DNA of 48,203 bases from a virus, in IMG/VR virus record IMGVR_UViG_3300037424_001030, positions 1-48,203 of that record; one strand, 5' to 3'. Both the position numbers and the translations under genes were made by a program. Each line of letters opens with the position of its first letter. The first letter of the stretch is position 1. The notes beneath the pieces were generated by a model, which saw only the letters and a list, made by a program, of their open reading frames with translations, was not told where the DNA came from and made no database searches. Positions 17,248-25,352 of this stretch are shown here, in pieces.

Positions 17248-19219
17248 GCATCCTTTGCATCAGTCCAGAGGATTGTTGAGCTTGTCCGACTTCAGCATTT
17301 CCTCGTGCAGTAGCTTCTGCCTGTGCTTCCGCCTGTAATTGTTGCTGTTGCTGGGCTGCACGGGCTTGTTGTTCTTCGGGCGTGTATCGATAGCGATCCA
17401 TCTTCACCCCTTCACCATTCGACAACATATCCAAAAACATCTTCGGGACATTGTATTGCTGAGCAAGTTCTGGAATCGCTGGAATGGATTGCATGGCAAC
17501 TGTCAGAACTTGAGTGTTCAACATTCGCTGCGCGGAAACAAGTCCGTCGGCGAGTTTGAATGCGGGCAGCATTTTCCGCAGTTCTTCGGAATTGATTCGG
17601 ACAGTTCGCTCCATCGATTGCGAATAGGAATCTTCAGAAGTTTGGAACTGCTGGATGTTGTACTTGATGATTTCTTTCAGCGGAGTGTAGAATGTGGAAT
17701 TCAGCCCCAGTGCCATAGAAATCAATCTGGAATCCGAAGCTGTCATCGACTCCTGGAACTGTTCGTTCGTTTTATTCCCGCGAACGAATTGGCCTTGTGC
17801 AACAGGATTCGAGCCTGAGATTTCATTTCCGAATCCGAGCAGAGAAAGCGCTTGTTGAAATCGCTGGCCAAGTGCGGGGTCGGAGTAGGGGATTGATTGG
17901 TATGCGGCCCGCACATCGGCGGATGGAGAACCAGCTTTGAGCGGGATTTTTGCTGTGGAACTCGGATTGTTAGCATGTCGCGGATCAATCATGTGCGGGT
18001 TGTACACAGCGCGATCAGCAATTGCGCGGGCAGAAGATTTCACATCTGCATCGATCAGTTTGTTTGCCAGAACTTGGAGTGATTCCATGTTATGACTGAA
18101 TGATTTCGACGTGTGGCCGACACCGTCTGCCATGGCCGATGCGAACAGCATTGGAAGATAGTTATGGTTATAGTTGGTTTCCTCGATGGAGAGAAATTTG
18201 CAGCCGTTGAGAATTAGAATCTTGTACAGGCGCGGGATGATGGAATCATCAGTTTCCTTGTGGAGACCTACAACTGCTGGAATCGTGCGGATGTAGAGGG
18301 TTGTAACTTCATACGGAGTATTGACAGCGTCTTTTTCCGCTGAAAACTTCTTTGCGATTTCCGAGTCCGGAATATCGAAGTATGTAGCAGATTGCTCCGG
18401 AGTGATATTTGGAACTTCCTGAGTGACCCGCGGAGTGGCATACAGTTTCACCATCCCACCTATCACATCAACATAATCCGGTTTGCGTTTTTTGGCTTCC
18501 GTAGGATACACCAAATTTTTGATTTCTTCGTTGGTGTATTCCAACGAACTCAGCAGGTCCAGAAGTTTCGGAAGTGTGTAGGGTTCAACATGCCCCGCGT
18601 AGTCACCACGACTGCAAACCTCATTCAATGGAACAGAAGTATCCCAGAATGCATTCCCGGGATGAATATGTTTGATTTGATTTCCAGCGTACACCTGCTG
18701 AATATTTCTGGATAGAACCCCGGTGGATTCATCCCGAGTAACTTTAGTGGTAGTGAGAATTTTCCACTCCACTTCCGCCACCATAATGTCATATTTCAGT
18801 GTATCCAGATGGCACAAAGAAAGTTGATGTGGCCAACCGAATCGTTCTGCATCAGCTTCATTCACTGCATCATATTGTTCGCCAATGGAAGTGAATTCAG
18901 CAGGGGCAACTGCCTTGAACATCGGAATGGGAGAAAGAAAGATCGATCCCAGACGAGCGCGGGCAGTATCCGTCTGGCTGAATACGGTGGGGATTTCAAA
19001 ATCCGCTTTTCCATTGTCCTTTTCATCCCTCAGCAAATGCGCCGCAGTGTTGTGGGGATCGGTGGATTTCTTGCTTTCACGGAAATATGCAGCATCTCTC
19101 TTCTGGAAATAGCTGCGAAACTGGTCGGAGTTTGTCCTGCGAATAGCCAGCACAGCATTCTGCACCGCCAATCGCTCCATATTTGCCGACATTGTGGAAA
19201 TCAAATTGGATTGTTTCAT
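17234..19219 (-). CDS. Portal protein, 661 aa
   Basis: Size and position directly after the large terminase (TGATATG junction). Q/A/E-rich C-terminal tail. Confidence 0.75.
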   Translation of the reverse strand: MKQSNLISTMSANMERLAVQNAVLAIRRTNSDQFRSYFQKRDAAYFRESKKSTDPHNTAAHLLRDEKDNGKADFEIPTVFSQTDTARARLGSIFLSPIPMFKAVAPAEFTSIGEQYDAVNEADAERFGWPHQLSLCHLDTLKYDIMVAEVEWKILTTTKVTRDESTGVLSRNIQQVYAGNQIKHIHPGNAFWDTSVPLNEVCSRGDYAGHVEPYTLPKLLDLLSSLEYTNEEIKNLVYPTEAKKRKPDYVDVIGGMVKLYATPRVTQEVPNITPEQSATYFDIPDSEIAKKFSAEKDAVNTPYEVTTLYIRTIPAVVGLHKETDDSIIPRLYKILILNGCKFLSIEETNYNHNYLPMLFASAMADGVGHTSKSFSHNMESLQVLANKLIDADVKSSARAIADRAVYNPHMIDPRHANNPSSTAKIPLKAGSPSADVRAAYQSIPYSDPALGQRFQQALSLLGFGNEISGSNPVAQGQFVRGNKTNEQFQESMTASDSRLISMALGLNSTFYTPLKEIIKYNIQQFQTSEDSYSQSMERTVRINSEELRKMLPAFKLADGLVSAQRMLNTQVLTVAMQSIPAIPELAQQYNVPKMFLDMLSNGEGVKMDRYRYTPEEQQARAAQQQQQLQAEAQAEATARGNAEVGQAQQSSGLMQRMLGRG

Positions 19220-19220
19220 A

Positions 19221-20705
19221 TCAAATAGGGCTGGTTAAGTAATCGGGGAGAACCGGGATTTCCATTTGCTCTCTGCCAAAAGGGGATTCAAGTGCGATCA
19301 AATCACCAAATTGTTGTTTCACCTTAGTTGCATATTCTACCGTATCCATCAGGTTATCTTTGTTGTTTTGGATGAGAGGATTGAAGGCTGTGGCTTCGGA
19401 GGAAAATTGCAGCTTAGTGTTTTCTACAAAGCCAACTTCGCCCACTTGGGAGGACTTGATGATGTTGATCAGACGAGAGTTCTTGGACATGCCCCCAGAG
19501 TTGATGCCAACAATATGAAGGCCGGATAGCATTGCGGCGGAAATAAATTCCTCAAACCAGAAGATTAGAGATTCTTGATAAGCCACATCTTCGGCAGCAA
19601 TTAAGGATGCGCCGTAGGCAGTTGCAAGATCGATTGATCGAATGATGGTCTGCTTAGGGGTCAGAATTTCATCAACTGCGAAGATCAGGACTGATATACT
19701 GTCGATAATCCGGAAAACTGAGATGACTGTGTTGTCGGATTTCTTTTTTCGCCCGGAGGGGTCAATGATGATGTAGCAGCCCTGATGATATTCAATTTGC
19801 TCCGGAGTATAAACTTTTAGTTTTCCTGAATCGAAGGACAATTTCGAATTCATGTCCCCAATATTCATGATTTCCGCCCAGAAGATATCTTCTTTATTCT
19901 GGGATTTCAGCGAATTGTAATCTTTCAACAATTGCTGAAGTGGGTGCAGGGCTTCCCACAATGATTCCCCATCGGAAGTTATACCAGCTGCAATGAATGT
20001 TTGCCATTCTGGGTCTAGGGCTAGCTTCTTGAGAATTGCATTCGGAGTTGGGTACATGTTCGCCAGAAACACATAGGTACAGCCGAATGGGGAGCGTAGA
20101 AAGTTGATGGTTCCGTACAACCAATCAATAATTTTCGCGGATACTTGTTCCGAATCCGCATCTTCCCGGGTTTGAATATCGTCCATAATGATAAAATCAG
20201 GACGTGAGCCATCTCGAACCAGACCACGCAAGGAAGTTCCTTGTCCTGCCCCAGTTATCTTGATCAATTTCCCATCAAGACGAAATTCCAAATCTGTCTG
20301 AGTGGTTTTCAGCGCCCCAATTCGCCAGTTACTGAAAATGGTCACGATATTTTCGTGATCCAACAGCAATGTCAAGTCGGCGATGAAGTTCTTTACCCGC
20401 GCATCATTAGCGCAGACAACTACAATGTTACGTTTCTTTGAAAATTGTATTGCCCATAGGATCACAAATTTCAGGAAAGTACTCTTTGCAAATCCTCGGG
20501 GAAATCCAAGAGCGAATTTACTGAAATCTCGGGAAGCGTGAAGTGCGGTTCGAAGAATGTCAAAGATATGGCGATAGTATGAGGGGAACTCGAATTGATA
20601 AATGTGGGGAGCAGCAGTAGCCGCAAGATAGTCGATAGACATTTCACATGCCCGTCGAATATCCTGCGGATTTACATCATATGATTGCAGCTCTCTTTCA
20701 ATCAT
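19221..20705 (-). CDS. terL: Terminase large subunit, 494 aa
   Basis: Walker A-like FPRGFAKST and Walker B DFIIMDDIQ. The C-terminal RNaseH-like nuclease has acidic motifs (IIIDPSG, AAEDVAYQ, LMDTVEYA). Confidence 0.85.
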   Translation of the reverse strand: MIERELQSYDVNPQDIRRACEMSIDYLAATAAPHIYQFEFPSYYRHIFDILRTALHASRDFSKFALGFPRGFAKSTFLKFVILWAIQFSKKRNIVVVCANDARVKNFIADLTLLLDHENIVTIFSNWRIGALKTTQTDLEFRLDGKLIKITGAGQGTSLRGLVRDGSRPDFIIMDDIQTREDADSEQVSAKIIDWLYGTINFLRSPFGCTYVFLANMYPTPNAILKKLALDPEWQTFIAAGITSDGESLWEALHPLQQLLKDYNSLKSQNKEDIFWAEIMNIGDMNSKLSFDSGKLKVYTPEQIEYHQGCYIIIDPSGRKKKSDNTVISVFRIIDSISVLIFAVDEILTPKQTIIRSIDLATAYGASLIAAEDVAYQESLIFWFEEFISAAMLSGLHIVGINSGGMSKNSRLINIIKSSQVGEVGFVENTKLQFSSEATAFNPLIQNNKDNLMDTVEYATKVKQQFGDLIALESPFGREQMEIPVLPDYLTSPI

Positions 20706-20931
20706 TGGAAGGCTTCAATGCTTCTTCAATTGCTTTAATCTGTTCCGCAGTTGCGCCCAGTGCGGCGTAATACGGTTGACGAGCTTCCTGATTGGGTTTC
20801 GACCGCAATGCGGATTGCATGCACGGGGAACATTTCACCCCGATGGCTTGAAGAATTGTGGAGAGACTGGAATTGTTTCCTGCCATTTTGAGTTTCTTGA
20901 GATACTGGGTTGCGTCTGCAAATACTGGCAT
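20698..20931 (-). CDS. Hypothetical protein, 77 aa
   Basis: Start moved to the ATG at 20931 (CTAGGAGCCCCATCATG, with the upstream stop TAG inside the SD). Confidence 0.5.
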   Translation of the reverse strand: MPVFADATQYLKKLKMAGNNSSLSTILQAIGVKCSPCMQSALRSKPNQEARQPYYAALGATAEQIKAIEEALKPSND

Positions 20932-20941
20932 GATGGGGCTC

Positions 20942-21481
20942 CTAGATTTCGAAGTGTTTTTCGATAGCTGGAAGGGCTTTGGGAGCTTTGATGACAGCCT
21001 CGGCCATTTCATGTACGACTTGTTTTGAAAGAGGTTGCAGAGACACATCGCCAACTTTCAAAACTTGATTGTCTGGGGTTCGCAGGATTTCGATACCTAC
21101 CATGCCCGAAGGAAGTGTGATTCTGATGGATGCGACATTGCCACCATTTTCTTGATTGTCCAGTTGCGATCCCAATTTCTTGGTGGCTTTGTTCGCCATG
21201 GTTGCAACAGCTAACAATTCAGTTGGTTTGTAGAAACCCTGATTCACGCGCTCCAGAATCTTGGAAGTTGCAGACAGTTCGATATCAACATAATTGTTGT
21301 CGATCTGCATACCCACTTGATTGTTCTTCGCACGAGCAGTTTGAATCTCTTCCACAATTCCCTCTTCTTGTAGGAACTGGGAGATGTAGGCAGGACTGAC
21401 CCCGAAGATTTTTGCAACATCTCCGGGCTTGTAGCCAATCCCAAAATATTTAACAAGGTGTTCTCGGGATACAGTTGACAT
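20942..21481 (-). CDS. Putative terminase small subunit / HTH DNA-binding protein, 179 aa
   Basis: Start moved to the ATG at 21481 (ATAGGAGATTAATCATG). HTH-like GDVAKIFGVSPAYISQFL. Lies upstream of terL. Confidence 0.45.
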   Translation of the reverse strand: MSTVSREHLVKYFGIGYKPGDVAKIFGVSPAYISQFLQEEGIVEEIQTARAKNNQVGMQIDNNYVDIELSATSKILERVNQGFYKPTELLAVATMANKATKKLGSQLDNQENGGNVASIRITLPSGMVGIEILRTPDNQVLKVGDVSLQPLSKQVVHEMAEAVIKAPKALPAIEKHFEI

Positions 21482-21491
21482 GATTAATCTC

Positions 21492-21935
21492 CTATTCAAC
21501 AACTCCGATGGATGCGGCCGGAGTGACAGTGATAACTTGGGGAACTTTCACTTCGTACGGTTCTTTAACTGTGATCACATCGTTCGGACGGTTCAATCCA
21601 TCGATCAACTTCTCACCCAGTTTATATCCGACACCAAGTTTCACGGTATCCAGCACACCAGATTTGATTTGGTTTTCCGGAGTCTCAGGCAACCCGTCCA
21701 ATCCGGCTTGAACCGTGAAACCTTGTTCAGTTTGCAGTTGTGATTGCAGTAGCTGGCAACCGTGTTTCAATGCATCGGTGGCTGCATTCTGGTAGCAAGT
21801 AGAAATTGCATTCAATCGATTCACCTGGAATTTCACATGCTCAGTTTTCCGCTTCTCATTAGAATCCAAGACTTGCTTGAAACTTCCGCAGCCGGAGAGA
21901 GAAATGATTGCCAGGACAATAAGAGACTTTTTCAT
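21492..21935 (-). CDS. Secreted lipoprotein, 147 aa, first gene of the structural arm
   Basis: Start moved to the ATG at 21935 (AGGAATCACATCATG). Classical lipoprotein signal MKKSLIVLAIISLSG-C. Confidence 0.7.
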   Translation of the reverse strand: MKKSLIVLAIISLSGCGSFKQVLDSNEKRKTEHVKFQVNRLNAISTCYQNAATDALKHGCQLLQSQLQTEQGFTVQAGLDGLPETPENQIKSGVLDTVKLGVGYKLGEKLIDGLNRPNDVITVKEPYEVKVPQVITVTPAASIGVVE

Positions 21936-22256
21936 GGATGTGATTCCTGAAAGATTGGTTGATGTAGAGGATATTATATTCCTTCGCTTCATGCCATTTC
22001 TCGGAGGATGCAATATTTTTATTGCCCTAAATTGGTTGGTAGAATTTTTTAGAAAATTTGGGGAGGTAGCCTAATAGAGTAGAAGACCCCCACCCCCCAA
22101 AAAGGTCTGCCACCCCCTCAATATTTGTGGTTATATATGGATGGATGAATATAATTGATCGCTTATATATGCATGTAGTGATAGATACAGTATGTTAGTG
22201 AGTGCTTACTTATAAGGGCAATGTGGAATTGAAGTTAGTGCTTACTAGGATATAAG

Positions 22257-22265
22257 TTATCCACA
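22257..22265 (+). promoter_or_regulatory. Perfect DnaA-box consensus TTATCCACA
   Basis: Exact 9-mer in the divergent AT-rich intergenic region. Confidence 0.5.
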
Positions 22266-22295
22266 TAATGTAACAGAATGTAATAATAGTTATAC

Positions 22296-22325
22296 ATGAC
22301 TTATCCACCGGTATCGGACTATAAT
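22296..22325 (+). promoter_or_regulatory. Sigma70-like rightward early promoter (ATGACT-18-TATAAT)
   Basis: Perfect -10 TATAAT at 22320..22325 and a 4/6 -35. Lies about 50 nt upstream of the first plus-strand ORF. Confidence 0.5.
22301..22309 (+). promoter_or_regulatory. DnaA-box-like TTATCCACC (8/9), same orientation, inside the promoter spacer
   Basis: Lies 44 bp downstream of the perfect box and overlaps the predicted rightward promoter. Confidence 0.4.
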
Positions 22326-22375
22326 GTAGACATCGACAGGATAATTCCGTCCTGTTGAAACTGGGAGATTGGATT

Positions 22376-22504
22376 ATGAAACTGAAATTGAAGCAAGTGT
22401 CGGCTGGCAAGTTTGTGCTTGTCATCAATGGGATTGAAATTCGCGAAACTTCATTGGTTCGCGCCGTCACCGGGAGACTGATTAAAAAATGGGAGTTGAT
22501 CTGA
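22376..22504 (+). CDS. Small basic protein, 42 aa (not in ORF track)
   Basis: ATG preceded by GGGAGA with 7-nt spacing. Hand translation MKLKLKQVSAGKFVLVINGIEIRETSLVRAVTGRLIKKWELI. First ORF after the promoter. Confidence 0.4.
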   Translation: MKLKLKQVSAGKFVLVINGIEIRETSLVRAVTGRLIKKWELI

Positions 22505-22601
22505 CTCAGGGAATCCTGAATGATAATTGTTCTCAATCAATAGTTATCATTCGGGACAATCCTGTCCAATCATCATTTAATCAATTGAAGGAATATTTAT
22601 C

Positions 22602-23306
22602 ATGGCACTGAATTTCAACCCCATCAAGAAAGCGGTCACCAAAGGGGGCAATGTCTCCATTGAAAAGAATTCCAAAGGAGACAAGGTTACATGGCTGCGA
22701 CTGGACGAAACGATCAAAGACAATGCAAGCAAGCTGGTAACCAGTAAGAATAATGTGGAGTACTCATGTGATGCGCCAAAGGTAGATATTGAATCGGCAT
22801 TGCTGTGGCTTGGGGAAAATAAGCACATGGTCAATGTGCTCGATTGGTTTGATGGTTTGTTCATCGCTGCCAATCGTCCATTGCTTGCAACTGCTGGGGC
22901 AAGTGGGTTGAGTGAGTGTGAGTTGATTGGTGATATTGAATCGCTGGTAGCGTTTGATACGCTGCAAACTGCAAGGGGAAGGAAGGCCAGTAAACTGGAT
23001 TCTGAGGCATGGAAATTGTACGCGCCGATTCTGTCTGAATGCTTGGGCAGATTCTTTTCCGAGAAAAAGATTCAGAATGTCACCCCGCTGGTAAATAAAT
23101 ACCTGCATTTGATCAAAGGCGCGATTGTGTATTTCTCGCCCATTGGGGATGAATCCACGATGAACAAGGCAAGTGAAATGATTCAGTATACTTTCATGTG
23201 GATTGTGGCGAATAAGCCTGACATGGAAGCTGCTGGAGCATTCGCAGTGCAGGTGATGGAAAGCAATAAGGCTAAATATTCGATTGAAGAAGGCAGTGAG
23301 TATTGA
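22602..23306 (+). CDS. Hypothetical early protein, 234 aa
   Basis: Long ORF with SD GAAGGA. No motif was recognised. Confidence 0.65.
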   Translation: MALNFNPIKKAVTKGGNVSIEKNSKGDKVTWLRLDETIKDNASKLVTSKNNVEYSCDAPKVDIESALLWLGENKHMVNVLDWFDGLFIAANRPLLATAGASGLSECELIGDIESLVAFDTLQTARGRKASKLDSEAWKLYAPILSECLGRFFSEKKIQNVTPLVNKYLHLIKGAIVYFSPIGDESTMNKASEMIQYTFMWIVANKPDMEAAGAFAVQVMESNKAKYSIEEGSEY

Positions 23307-23348
23307 AGCAAGTATTAATCAGATTGAATTGCCCTCGATCTGATTCAT

Positions 23349-23378
23349 GCATTCTAGGCAGTCATTGACCTAGAATGC
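23349..23378. promoter_or_regulatory. Perfect inverted repeat GCATTCTAGG-N10-CCTAGAATGC overlapping a -35 element (operator-like)
   Basis: 10-bp arms verified base by base. The right arm overlaps TTGACC at 23365..23370. Confidence 0.5.
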
Positions 23379-23393
23379 GTGATAGTGTATCCT
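23365..23393 (+). promoter_or_regulatory. Sigma70-like promoter (TTGACC-17-TATCCT)
   Basis: Good -35, 17-nt spacer and TAnnnT -10. Lies about 35 nt upstream of the ATG at 23427. Confidence 0.45.
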
Positions 23394-23426
23394 ATAAGAT
23401 TATTTAATTACATAGGGCACACTATC

Positions 23427-23900
23427 ATGCAAGATCAATCGAATCAATCGAATCAAATTGTTATTGCTTTTCCCGAGCAATTAGGCAGCTCCAAGGATGA
23501 ATTGCTTAATCGCAAATCCCTGCATCAAGCTATTGTCGAATCTGGAAATAGAATCGCTAGGGCTAAGAAAATCGAGTTAGAGGCGGATAGAGTTCGGGCA
23601 GAAAAAACATTCAATCGCTGGGACGCTAGAAGAATCCGAATCGAAGAATTGGTAACAGATATTGTATTCAACGGTCGAATTCCTACTAGAGTTGAATATC
23701 AGCAATTATTGGTTGAACTTCCCCCATTGATCAATGGATTCGATGAATATCGCGCATATTATGAAGAATTCTGGCATGAACACAATGTTCAAGGGTCCGC
23801 ATACCACAGCAGAAATTACTTTATATCTAATGGTATTAAAGGGTTGAAGGATAAATTCGATAAAATTGGGCGCAAGCTATATTCCGATTTGATTTACTGA
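23427..23900 (+). CDS. Hypothetical early protein, 157 aa
   Basis: Start moved to the first ATG (MQDQSNQSNQ...). No motif was recognised. Confidence 0.6.
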   Translation: MQDQSNQSNQIVIAFPEQLGSSKDELLNRKSLHQAIVESGNRIARAKKIELEADRVRAEKTFNRWDARRIRIEELVTDIVFNGRIPTRVEYQQLLVELPPLINGFDEYRAYYEEFWHEHNVQGSAYHSRNYFISNGIKGLKDKFDKIGRKLYSDLIY

Positions 23901-24289
23901 ACTCTTATAGGGTTTTAAAGTTAGGTGTGTTGTTTCTATACAACATGGTGGTGGTGGTGATGGTTACATTGCGGACCGCTCAAGTGCTGTTTTTTATTCT
24001 GATTATTTTGATAGCAGATAAAATTGAATTTGAGTATAGTAGACAATATTCGATATTTATTTGATAGTATTAAATTCTGAATTTTATAGTGGAAAGAAAA
24101 ATTGGAAAATATATTTGATTTGAAAAAAGTGAATTTTGATACATCAATCCGAGAGAGTTATTCGAGTATATTATCGAATGAATAACTGTAATGAATATCA
24201 AGTTCTACCGACCACCGACGATAACCATATTCAACACCATCAATTGAATTTTCAATCAATCAAGTAATCAAATAGGAAAAGGAATTATC

Positions 24290-24526
24290 ATGAATCAATT
24301 TAGCACACAATGTGATAAAGCGCTGTTGAAGTACCTAATCGATGAAGCTACATGGGAATATGAAACCGGAGGACCCACCGGGTTGATTATGTTGTCTGCA
24401 GAAGCGGGACTGTCCAGACCGGAGCAGGATTTCCGGATAATGAGAGGCATGTCAAAGGAAGAATCTAGGGCAGTCTATTTCATGTTCGCGGGGTTTATCT
24501 TACTTGCGCTGGGGGAGGAAATTTAA
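24290..24526 (+). CDS. Hypothetical protein, 78 aa (C-terminal hydrophobic segment)
   Basis: SD AAGGA. ORF followed by TAATTATG coupling to the next gene. Confidence 0.6.
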   Translation: MNQFSTQCDKALLKYLIDEATWEYETGGPTGLIMLSAEAGLSRPEQDFRIMRGMSKEESRAVYFMFAGFILLALGEEI

Positions 24527-24528
24527 TT

Positions 24529-24750
24529 ATGAATTATCAATTGAATCAATCACTGTCAGAAATCGACATGGAAATTGAAAATGCAATGAGTGAAGTCAGA
24601 TGGAGTAAGATTGAATACACTCAAATTGCATTCATCAAATCCAAGCAGTCGAATTGTCCTAGGTTGTATTCATGGGACAATCAAGCACACATGTGGATCA
24701 CGCGGACATATCGGGGAATGAAGATTAAGATTGATTTTCTACTTCCATAA
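24529..24750 (+). CDS. Hypothetical protein, 73 aa
   Basis: SD GGAGG upstream. Confidence 0.6.
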   Translation: MNYQLNQSLSEIDMEIENAMSEVRWSKIEYTQIAFIKSKQSNCPRLYSWDNQAHMWITRTYRGMKIKIDFLLP

Positions 24751-24886
24751 GAATGGAATTCAATCGAAGTAGAAATAGAATTATCTGGATGGAATATTGG
24801 GAATATCAAATCCTAGTATCCATCCGGGCTAATTTTAATCTTATTGTTAGCCCGTCAATCCGATCAAATCCTAAGGAACCCTAATC

Positions 24887-25165
24887 ATGTCAACTGTTGA
24901 TTATTCCACTGCCCTGAAATTGGTCCGAGGAGAGTATCCCGATTCTCCCTACAAATCCATCCTCATCTATGGAAACCAATTCGGGGGAATCAGTTTCAAA
25001 TTGTGCGGGAATGGAACATTGTTGGGATATATGAAGGATTTTGACAACCAAGGATTACCGAATGAATTGGTATGGTTGTCGGAAATCGCCGGGGAGCAGG
25101 AATTCAAGGACGGAGTAGCTGGATTTCTGAGCTACCATCCCGAATGCCGATCAGTTCCAATGTGA
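24887..25165 (+). CDS. Hypothetical protein, 92 aa
   Basis: SD AAGGA and TAATCATG start context. Confidence 0.6.
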   Translation: MSTVDYSTALKLVRGEYPDSPYKSILIYGNQFGGISFKLCGNGTLLGYMKDFDNQGLPNELVWLSEIAGEQEFKDGVAGFLSYHPECRSVPM

Positions 25166-25204
25166 TAATCACACAAGACTTAATTCCCACATTCAGCCAG
25201 GGGA

Positions 25205-25233
25205 TTGACAATAAGAGATTATTGTGATACCCT
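25205..25233 (+). promoter_or_regulatory. Sigma70-like promoter with extended -10 (TTGACA-N14-TGA-TACCCT)
   Basis: Consensus -35, 17-nt spacing and TG at -15/-14. A 6-bp inverted repeat ACAATA-N6-TATTGT lies in the spacer. Confidence 0.5.
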
Positions 25234-25311
25234 GTTAGTGTTTGTAGTAGGATCGGATACAATGAGTTAGATACTAGTATTCGGGCCACCGCACACAAGT
25301 CTTGCAAATAC

Positions 25312-25336
25312 AGATTCAATTAGATTCAATTAGATC
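25312..25336 (+). repeat. Tandem 10-mer AGATTCAATT x2.5 in the leader of the 143-aa gene
   Basis: Read directly. Lies between the predicted promoter and the SD AGGAG. Confidence 0.85.
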
Positions 25337-25352
25337 AGGAGAATACTTAATC

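Noticed and set aside
21936-22100. A late promoter for the structural arm (minus-strand TATAAT, complement of 21973..21978)
   Set aside because: The -10 is perfect, but no acceptable -35 or TG extension lies at 16-19 nt. It is only about 40 nt from the lipoprotein start. It is too uncertain to annotate. Late transcription may need a phage factor.
22014-24289. tRNA or other structured RNA genes in the large non-coding regions
   Set aside because: I could fold no cloverleaf with a GTTCRANNC T-loop and matching acceptor stem. GGTTCGCGCC at about 22455 lies inside the 42-codon ORF and lacks the other arms. Not verified with tRNAscan.
24290-24526. The 78-aa protein as a double-glycine leader peptide substrate (..EYETGG/PTG..) for the C39-like peptidase
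   Set aside because: The hydrophobic positions expected at -4, -7 and -12 of double-glycine leaders do not fit. The genes are 18 kb apart. This is pure coincidence until shown otherwise.
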